Source of the DNA: Deltaproteobacteria bacterium
GTDB lineage: Bacteria; Myxococcota_A; Polyangia; Nannocystales; Nannocystaceae
DNA: 64,000 nucleotides
Assembly: GCA_016712475.1 (NCBI GenBank)
Contig: JADJRA010000001.1
Span: forward strand, 1,413,414-1,477,413
Direction: 5' to 3'
The translations under genes and the position numbers were made by a program. This document shows positions 28,183 to 35,169 of this stretch, piece after piece (within the stretch, counting starts at the first letter, position 1; each line of letters opens with the position of its first letter). The notes under the pieces were generated by a model. That model worked only from the letters and a program-made list of their open reading frames with translations, was not told the origin of the DNA and ran no database searches.

Positions 28183-28400
28183 ACGCGCGTGGCTGAACCG
28201 GGAAGCCCCGCGGCTGCGTCAACCACGCACGCGGTCCGGCGGACGGACACCCACGGTCGTCGAGCACGAGCGCGGTCGGTCGAGATGGTCGCGCTTCAGG
28301 GTTGTCGGTGGGCGGCCCAAAGCGGCGCGCGCCCAACGCGGCCGGCGTGCTATGAGCATGCTGGCTCGCGTGGGCGCGTCTCCGGGGTCAAGCGGCAGCG

Positions 28401-28811
28401 TCAGATTTGCTCGAGGCAGGAGGCCGGCGGAGAGAGTCTCTCGAACCCGAGCTCGCCACGTGCAGAGGTCAGCTCAGCCACGATGGTTGAGTGTGGGACT
28501 TGCGCCATGCGCCCTACCATAAAGCCACGGTAGTTACGCACAGCTTCACGTGGGGTCAGTTGGCCGAGAGTGCCGGACGAGACCCACTCCGCCGTGAGGA
28601 CGTCGATCGCGAGCGCGGTGGCCTCCGACTTCGGCGGCGCAGGCACGTACTGCGATCGGATCTCAGCCACGCGTCGGGCGTCGAGAGTGTAGGTGCCGAC
28701 TCGAGCGACTGAGCAGTCCTCGCCCTCAGACGGACCGGGCGCCGGACCAGGAACCGGGCCTTTGCACGCCGGGCAGATCACGATCAGCAAGGTGAGGAAG
28801 TAGCGTTGCAT
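28401..28811 (-). CDS. Small hypothetical lipoprotein (136 aa), co-transcribed downstream of the island subtilisin
   Basis: ATG at 28811 with a strong AGGAGG RBS (revcomp of 28812-28830); MQRYFLTLLIVICPAC lipobox; lower-GC codon usage. Confidence 0.55.
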   Translation of the reverse strand: MQRYFLTLLIVICPACKGPVPGPAPGPSEGEDCSVARVGTYTLDARRVAEIRSQYVPAPPKSEATALAIDVLTAEWVSSGTLGQLTPREAVRNYRGFMVGRMAQVPHSTIVAELTSARGELGFERLSPPASCLEQI

Positions 28812-28820
28812 GACATCCTC

Positions 28821-31307
28821 CTAATCACCGCCGCCATCAGGCTCATTGTCCACTTCAGACGTGGCCATGCAGAAGACATGAACAACCGCAGACCCCGAAC
28901 TACTCACCCATTCTTTGTCGACGGTCACCTCGACGCACGTGTCCTCCACGTTGACCAGCGAGTCCTCGAACGCTACCATTTTCTTGTGATCGTGATCAGC
29001 GTTGATGCGCGTGTAGCTAGGAGTACCGTAGCCGACCGCGCAGGTGCCATTCCCCTGCTTCGGGCGCAGGCGCAGCTCGAGATCGATGCGACTGATGTTG
29101 TCCTTTCCGGACATGTCCTCGATCGCCATCATGACGCACTTGACCTCTTCGGTGCCCGTTGCAACAGGGCCACCAAAGGCGATGTATTGCTGGTCTGCGG
29201 TACCACTGGTGAATGTGTAGGTGTTGTACGAGAGCGCACCTCCCGCAAAGCTCGGCGAGCCGTTCGAAAGCAAGCGGAGCTTCGCTCGTCCGAGACCAAA
29301 GAGGTTGTCCGCACCCACGACGTTCTTCGTTCCCGAGCTGTTGCCCCGGTCACCCATGCCGAGCATCACCGTGTGCAAGCGTCCCACGTTCGAGATCCAC
29401 GTTTGGCCATCGTTCAGACCCCAGTCCTTGACGAGAGCCGCCATCCCGGCAACAGCCGGCGCGGCAAAACTCGTACCGACCCACTGCCCGGTGCTCACGC
29501 AGCCGTTGGTGCCGGAGCCCGAGGTTACGTAGTTCACGTAGGCAGATGGCGCCGCGAGGTCTGCCATGGACAACGCCCCGCCCACCGTCGTTCCGTCCGG
29601 CGACTGGATAGACCCACCGCCGCGACTCGCGTAGGTGTCGTCGATATCCATGACCGAGTACAACGTGTCGTCCGTGCTGAGCCCGTTGACCGAGAAGGTC
29701 TTGGGAATGTCCGCAGGGCTGGACATGTTGCACGACGATCCCGTCGTGCCGTTGTTCCCCGCCGATACCGCGATGAAGATGCCGTCGTCGAACGCGCCCT
29801 CGTAGGCGTCCTCGAGATCATAGCTCGAAGTCGCGTCACAGGTGGCGTTCGGATACGAATCACCATCATTCCAGCCGTTGCTACTGCTGATGATGCTCGT
29901 GAGATAGCAACTACCCGGACCGGATGGCGTGAGCTCAATGTCGATGCCCTGAAGGCAACTCGTTGACATCACGTGACGGCTCATCAGGGTGCTACCCTGG
30001 TGATCGAAGAACTGAACGACCGCCTCCTTTCCGTAGCCGCTCGCCGAGTTCTCCCACGAGGCACTGTGGTTCGTGGTGCTGTCGCAAACCGTCAAGCCTT
30101 GAGCCTGATCCTGGGTGTAGTCGCCGACAGCGATGGAGGACACGACGGTGCCGTGGTTGACGTTCGAGGCCTCCGAGTAGTTGGCTTGTGAGTAGCTCTC
30201 ACAGTACTCAACCCAACACTTCCACCGGCCAAGGAGCCGTTCAGTCTCGCATCCACTGTCGTCGTCAAAGAAGCACGCTTCGTCATTGAAGTGCCACTGC
30301 TCTTGGATGCCGATCGTGATTTGTCCCGCACCGTTTTCAGCGTTGAATCCGGCGTCGATGTACGTCTGAGCGTCAGTGTAGGAGCGCGAATCTCGATGGA
30401 TTCCGATCGCGCGGCTGCCGTGCGACTGAAGACCAACGTCGTCGAGATCGATCTTCGTGATGTCTTCGCGCGCCTGCAGCTCCTCCAACAGGCCCTTCGA
30501 GACAGAAGCGCCTAGCCACCCCGTGGTCCAGTGATAGACGCGGATCGTTCCGCCGCTTTCCACGATCTGTGCTGCCAATGACGACGACCGCTCCAAAAAT
30601 GCTTCCTCTCGCTCGGCCAGCGCGACTTCGCGCTGTTCGACCGCGGCAGCATACGTCTCTGCGCTCCACATCCCCACCTCAGGAAGTAGCGGAACATCCC
30701 AATCGGGGGCACCCCGCAACTTGATCAGCACGTCGAGGGAGTCATCCGGTCCAGCTTCCTCGGCCGCAGCGAGGAGGGTAGGACGCACCACGAGAGGCGC
30801 ATCGTCGGATGGTTCCGCAGGCGGGTCGACGTTTGGAACTCGAGTCACCCGATAGGTGTCGGTGCGCGTGCCTTCCGCGTCCACGACCGACGTTACCGTC
30901 TCTTCGTACAGGTACTCGTCCTGTAGGTGCGTATAGGGACGCGAGACCTTCCGCCAGGTCTCAAGGTCCAGCTCACCGACCTCCGTTGACGAGACCATCT
31001 CGCCACTTTCGTTCTCTACGAGAACCTTCTCGTACACCAACTCGCGTCCAGCATTAGCTGCGTCCGGATCTCGTACTTCGGTCTCGACATCGCCAGCACC
31101 GCCCGAGCTCCCTTCCTCAATCTCATCCGCGGGGAGGACTTCCGAGCGTGGGCTATGCAGCCCTCCCTCGGCACTGTCGACGGGCGCTCGGTCATCGCAG
31201 GCGGGCGCGAGAGCCAATGTGGATAGAGCCCACATGCGACGCAGGCACGTCCAGCGGTTCGCACGGGAATTGCCAATCGCAACAAGCTTCTTCGCCGAGG
31301 TTGACAT
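28821..31307 (-). CDS. Subtilisin-like serine protease (peptidase S8) with a long N-terminal pro-region and a C-terminal extension
   Basis: Catalytic motifs NHGTVVSSIAVGD (His), GTSFAAPAVAGMAALV (Ser) and a DAG Asp region; start taken at the ATG at 31307 (MSTSAKKLVAIGNSRANRWTCLRRMWALSTLALAPAC, a long K/R-rich n-region plus LAPAC lipobox-like end). The ORF opens at a TTG at 31445; an ATG near 31235 is an alternative. Confidence 0.7.
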   Translation of the reverse strand: MSTSAKKLVAIGNSRANRWTCLRRMWALSTLALAPACDDRAPVDSAEGGLHSPRSEVLPADEIEEGSSGGAGDVETEVRDPDAANAGRELVYEKVLVENESGEMVSSTEVGELDLETWRKVSRPYTHLQDEYLYEETVTSVVDAEGTRTDTYRVTRVPNVDPPAEPSDDAPLVVRPTLLAAAEEAGPDDSLDVLIKLRGAPDWDVPLLPEVGMWSAETYAAAVEQREVALAEREEAFLERSSSLAAQIVESGGTIRVYHWTTGWLGASVSKGLLEELQAREDITKIDLDDVGLQSHGSRAIGIHRDSRSYTDAQTYIDAGFNAENGAGQITIGIQEQWHFNDEACFFDDDSGCETERLLGRWKCWVEYCESYSQANYSEASNVNHGTVVSSIAVGDYTQDQAQGLTVCDSTTNHSASWENSASGYGKEAVVQFFDHQGSTLMSRHVMSTSCLQGIDIELTPSGPGSCYLTSIISSSNGWNDGDSYPNATCDATSSYDLEDAYEGAFDDGIFIAVSAGNNGTTGSSCNMSSPADIPKTFSVNGLSTDDTLYSVMDIDDTYASRGGGSIQSPDGTTVGGALSMADLAAPSAYVNYVTSGSGTNGCVSTGQWVGTSFAAPAVAGMAALVKDWGLNDGQTWISNVGRLHTVMLGMGDRGNSSGTKNVVGADNLFGLGRAKLRLLSNGSPSFAGGALSYNTYTFTSGTADQQYIAFGGPVATGTEEVKCVMMAIEDMSGKDNISRIDLELRLRPKQGNGTCAVGYGTPSYTRINADHDHKKMVAFEDSLVNVEDTCVEVTVDKEWVSSSGSAVVHVFCMATSEVDNEPDGGGD

Positions 31308-32147
31308 GCACAATTCTCCAGACCGGTGTTTCGGTCGGTTCGTCGGTACAGATCGTTGCCACGCCGCGCACATGTCCGCGCGCGGTGGCCCAGATTGGCC
31401 AAAACTCTGCGGCCGAGCATACGGCCGATTGGGCAGATGTGTCAACCGATGATTTTGCGTCAGAAGTATGAGTTCTTTACTCGGCGTCTAGCCGGGTCTA
31501 GCCGGACAATTTGCGGCGTCGGCAATGCAACACGGTTGGCATCGTTGGGTGTCAAAGTGACGCTCTCCGGGAGAATAGTCGCGCGGTTTCCGTACGCTGC
31601 GCACCTTCGCCAGCGCTGAACCAAGGCGAGGTAAGGAAGAGACCAGCGTGATGCTTCAATAATTCGCCGGCGGCCGGGGAGCGAGCGCCACCGACCTTTC
31701 AGCTCCTGTGGCACGCTACGTCCGAAGTGGGATGGCAACGTCGCAGACGTCGTGGACGACACCAGGCGGCTCACCGCGATCGCGATTGCCCCCCTCGTCT
31801 CTCGGCCGGTGCGCATTCACTGGTTGTGCAGCTCGGCAGGAAGTCAGTCAGAAGGAAGACAGCGAGCGCTCCGTGTAGAAGCTCACAAGTGGCCATTGGA
31901 TCACTCGGCTTGGACCTCAACACCGGTTACCGGGGGCCTTGAGCTACTGCTCGTCTTGCCGTGGAGGCCGTTCCCCTGGGAGAGAGTTCGTGGGCGGTCG
32001 GGTAGATCGTCGAGTAGCGACATGAGGACCGAGGGCGCGCAGCCACCCGTGTCGATGTCGCGAATCTGTGACAGGCGCACCAAGCGCAGCGCTTCGCTGC
32101 GCTTGGCATACCTGGACATGACGTGGCGGTGGTGGCATGCTCAGCGC

Positions 32148-32663
32148 ATGGCAAGATTGTGGTCGCATCCAGCGACTTCGTTTGTTTGTCTCCTATCACT
32201 GAGCTGTTCGGACCGGAAAGGCGGCGATGAGGGCGTGGCGTCTAACACCGCCTCAAGCTCGGACGGGGATGGCGAGAACGGGAACTCCGAGGGTTCTTCC
32301 ACGACGAGCGAAGCACTCGGGGTCGAGGATTGCGAAGGTCTCCTTGTCGAGGCCGACTGCAACAACGCCATGCTCGCCGATGTTGGCCAATGCATGTGGG
32401 TCCCGAGATACGCACCGGCGCCCGGCGTGACAAGCTGCGGAGCACAAGACGCAACGGAGGCGTGCGTTGGAATCATCGGTAGTCAGCAGGGATGCGGGCT
32501 GTATTCTTGTCCTGGCGATGAAGGCGTCAATATCTACTATCGACAAGCAGATGGCGGAATTGAACTGTTCGTCAGCCCTCTGTGCGGCCCGGAACCTGTC
32601 GGGGGGTGGATGGCGTGCCAGGCAAACATCCCCGAGTGTTCTTGTCCCTGCTCTGCTAATTAG
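32148..32663 (+). CDS. Secreted Cys-rich lipoprotein, family B paralog 1
   Basis: ATG at 32148 gives MARLWSHPATSFVCLLSLSCSDRKGG (lipobox); mature domain with about 14 Cys (EDCEGLLVEADC...CVGIIGSQQGCGLYSCPGDEG...LCGPEPVGGWMACQ...ECSCPCS) collinear with the next ORF. Confidence 0.6.
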   Translation: MARLWSHPATSFVCLLSLSCSDRKGGDEGVASNTASSSDGDGENGNSEGSSTTSEALGVEDCEGLLVEADCNNAMLADVGQCMWVPRYAPAPGVTSCGAQDATEACVGIIGSQQGCGLYSCPGDEGVNIYYRQADGGIELFVSPLCGPEPVGGWMACQANIPECSCPCSAN

Positions 32664-32670
32664 GAGGCAT

Positions 32671-33105
32671 ATGAAGCGCGCATGCCTGATCCTGCATGTT
32701 ACCTTGCTGGGAGTGACAGCCTGCACCCAGACTGAGCTTGAAGACTGCGAGAAGATTCAGCACGAGTCAAAATGTGAAGATGCCGATGTTGATGGCGCGG
32801 GTGCCTGTCATTGGGTCGAGGCCTATCGGCCGTCTGTGTCGGAAACCGCATGCGAAGTGGGCGAGCCGACCGGCTTGTGCGTCGGCATCGGAGGCACCCA
32901 ACAGGGCTGCGGTCTCTTTGGGTGCGAGCCAGGGTCCGAAGATGAATCGGCGAACCTCTACTTCCGCCATGATGGCCCGCAGGTCGAAGTGTTCGGCAGC
33001 CCAGAGTGCGGCCCCGAGCCAGTCGGCGATTGGACCGCTTGCTCGAGCGCCGACGCGCCGGCCGAGTGTAGTTGTCTGTGCGGCGTCGCAGAGCCGCCCT
33101 CGTAG
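32671..33105 (+). CDS. Secreted Cys-rich lipoprotein, family B paralog 2
   Basis: ATG at 32671 preceded by taggaggcat (AGGAGG RBS); MKRACLILHVTLLGVTAC lipobox; EDCEKIQHESKC...CVGIGGTQQGCGLFGCEPGSED...ECGPEPVGDWTACS...ECSCLCG matches paralog 1 motif for motif. Confidence 0.65.
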   Translation: MKRACLILHVTLLGVTACTQTELEDCEKIQHESKCEDADVDGAGACHWVEAYRPSVSETACEVGEPTGLCVGIGGTQQGCGLFGCEPGSEDESANLYFRHDGPQVEVFGSPECGPEPVGDWTACSSADAPAECSCLCGVAEPPS

Positions 33106-33169
33106 GGCCGGCGCCGCTAACTTACGATGCGGCATGTGTCAACGAGAATGAGATTTTTGGGTTGAGAGT

Positions 33170-34183
33170 TTAGTGAAGTCCGAGCTCGCTCTCCGAGCGA
33201 TTCTCGGGTGGGTTGATCCAGACTGCCTTGGGGAGCGTGGGCACCTGCGGTGGGCCTGCGACGAAGCGCTCTGGGTTCTTCGCGAAGGCTTCGTTCATCA
33301 CGAGCTGGCGCTGCGCGAGGACCTCGGTGGCGCGCCCGAAGAAGACGTCGGCGGGAGTGAGGCGAGCGATGCCGGAGTGCCGGTGCTCGTCGTTGTACCA
33401 GGCGAAGAAGCGCCGGCAGAAGTCGCGCGCGTGGTCGAAGCTCTCGAAGCGCTCCGGGAAATCTGGGTGCGACTTGAGGGTGTGGAACTCGGACTCGGAG
33501 TGCGGGTTGTCGTTGCTGACGCGCGGTCGGCTGAACGACGCCGTGATCTCGAGGTCGCGCAGCAGCTGCTTCACAGTCTTGCCCCTGGGCACGGGCCCGC
33601 GGTCGGCGTGCAGCTTGAGCGTGCCCGGTTCGATCCCGTGGCGGTTGCACGCCTCGCGGATCAGCTTCGCCGCGAGCTCGCCGCTCTCCTCGTGGGCGAG
33701 CATCCAGCCCGGGTTGTAGCGGCTGAAGAGATCGATGATCACGTACAGCGGGTAGTAGGTGTACTTCACCGGACCGCGCAGCCACGTCACGTCCCACGTC
33801 CAGACCTGGTTGGGTGCCGTGGCGATCAGTTCGGGTCGCGCGTACTTTGGGTGCCGGGCTTGATCGCGGCGCTCGCGGATCTCGTCCTGCAGCGCCAGAA
33901 TCCGATACATCGTGCGGGGATGGCAGAGGTAGTGCTGCTCGTCGAGCAACGTGGCGTGCACGGTCGCCGGCGCCTTGTCGACGAAGCGCTCGGAGTGGAG
34001 CACCTCAAGCACGTTGGTCCGCTCGGCTTCGGAGAGCGCGCGTGAAGGTCGTCGACGTGGTCGGCGGGGGCCATGCAGGGCCGGCTGCCGCCAGCGGTAC
34101 GCAGTGCTCCGCGGCACGCCGAGCGCCTCGCAGGCGACCGCCACGCCGAGCTGGTCCGCGAGTTCGTCGACCGCTGCCTTCAC
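33170..34183 (-). CDS. IS3-family transposase OrfB (DDE integrase core; expressed as an OrfAB fusion by -1 frameshift)
   Basis: ...WTWDVTWLRG...YPLYVIIDLFSRYNPGWML...HADRGP...YNDEHRHSGI... is the rve/DDE core; the frame is open upstream of the first Met into the orfA 3' end. Confidence 0.75.
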   Translation of the reverse strand: MKAAVDELADQLGVAVACEALGVPRSTAYRWRQPALHGPRRPRRRPSRALSEAERTNVLEVLHSERFVDKAPATVHATLLDEQHYLCHPRTMYRILALQDEIRERRDQARHPKYARPELIATAPNQVWTWDVTWLRGPVKYTYYPLYVIIDLFSRYNPGWMLAHEESGELAAKLIREACNRHGIEPGTLKLHADRGPVPRGKTVKQLLRDLEITASFSRPRVSNDNPHSESEFHTLKSHPDFPERFESFDHARDFCRRFFAWYNDEHRHSGIARLTPADVFFGRATEVLAQRQLVMNEAFAKNPERFVAGPPQVPTLPKAVWINPPENRSESELGLH

Positions 34184-34587
34184 GTCGGCTCCTCGGTGTC
34201 GTCGCTGTCCAGCCCCAACACCTCCGAGAGTTTTTTTTGGACCTCGATGATCTTCTCGGCCTTGCGCAGCTTCTCGCGCAGGCGCTCGTTGTCACGCCGC
34301 AGCTTCTCCAGCTCGGCCTGCTCCGCCGTCTGCTTCGGCTTGGGTCCGCGTTTGCGCTCCAACGCCTTCAACGTACCCTCGAGCCTCTGCCCGCGCCAGC
34401 TCGTGAGGTGCGACGAGTACAGGCCCTCTCGCCGCAGCAGTGCGCCCACTTCGCCCGGCTTCGTGCAGGCGTCGGCATCCTGCAGCACGCGCAGCTTGTA
34501 CTCCTTCGTGAAGCGCCGCCGATGCGCTCTCTCTCGGGTCTCCGTCTCGACCTTCCGTGGGTTCGCGCTCGATGTCATTTCGTACAT
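34180..34587 (-). CDS. IS3-family transposase OrfA (HTH / leucine zipper)
   Basis: 135 aa ...RRRFTKEYKLRVLQDADACTKPGEVGALLRREGLYSSHLTSWRGQ...; ends with QKKL encoded by CAA AAA AAA CTC; the A-AAA-AAA heptamer (minus strand, + coordinates about 34231-34237) is a canonical -1 slippery site into the orfB frame. Confidence 0.75.
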   Translation of the reverse strand: MYEMTSSANPRKVETETRERAHRRRFTKEYKLRVLQDADACTKPGEVGALLRREGLYSSHLTSWRGQRLEGTLKALERKRGPKPKQTAEQAELEKLRRDNERLREKLRKAEKIIEVQKKLSEVLGLDSDDTEEPT

Positions 34588-35169
34588 GGTCCCTCGCGCC
34601 CCTCAGTAAATTCCGGCTCGGCAGTGTCTCATCCCTCGTTGGCACAGGGGCGCGCTGCTCGACTGGGTACGCGCCGGGGCTCCGGACGCAATGAAGGAGC
34701 GTGAGGTCGAGCAGGCCGCGGTTCTGCTCGAGCGCGTCCTCAACCAAGAGACCGAGCCCGAGCCCGGCCGACCAAGACGAGTACAGACCCGCAGGGGCGT
34801 CGCTGGCGTCGCTGAACACCGCGTCTGCGACCCGAACATGCGCCACGGCCGAAAAATGCCGCTCACACGCCTTCAACGGCTACAAGCGCTAGATCGCGAC
34901 TTCGATCGACGCGCCGCTCGTGCTCGCAGCCGAAGCGCGACCCGCCAACCAACCCGAACGCGGGGTGAACCCTCGCTCGTTGACCAAGTAGCGCCGTACG
35001 GCGAGTTCCACGAGTTCTTCATCGACCACGGCTTTCTTGCACATGCCGAGATCGCCGCGCTGGATCGAGACGGCGTGAAAGTCCGCCGTCGTCCCTGGCG
35101 CGACCAGACCAAGCATGAAGGCTTCGGCAACAGCGCCTTCAAGATCGGCCTTCGCCGACGATTAAGTGG

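Larger units (their letters stand above)
25589..28252 (-). mobile_element. IS66-family insertion sequence (tnpA-tnpB-tnpC) with about 58-bp imperfect terminal inverted repeats
   Basis: Left end gtgtccgtgcgccggaccgcgtgcgtggttgaagcagccgcggggcttcccggttcagcc is the reverse complement, with 2 mismatches, of the right end ggctgaaccgggaagccccgcggctgcgtcaaccacgcacgcggtccggcggacggacac; three IS66-type ORFs lie between; no clear target duplication found; coordinates within a few nt. Confidence 0.75.
33137..34643 (-). mobile_element. IS3-family insertion sequence (orfA/orfB with a -1 frameshift site), about 1.5 kb with imperfect terminal inverted repeats TGTCAACGAGAATGAGA / TGCCAACGAGGGATGAGA
   Basis: Termini read directly (33137 tgtcaacgagaatgagat... 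versus revcomp of ...atctcatccctcgttggca at about 34643); IS3-type OrfA and OrfB inside; begins about 30 nt after the stop of family B paralog 2. Confidence 0.7.

Noticed and set aside
28120-28533. 137-aa and 119-aa plus-strand ORFs at the IS66 left end
   Set aside because: Lie across the terminal inverted repeat and the tandem duplication; Arg/Gly-rich
28806-31471. 386-aa plus-strand ORF and several short ORFs across the island subtilisin gene
   Set aside because: Antisense to a gene with clear S8 catalytic motifs
31752-32147. N-terminal 132-aa extension of the family B paralog 1 ORF (from 31752)
   Set aside because: No signal peptide at that start; Arg/Ser-rich. The ATG at 32148 yields a lipobox signal matching paralog 2
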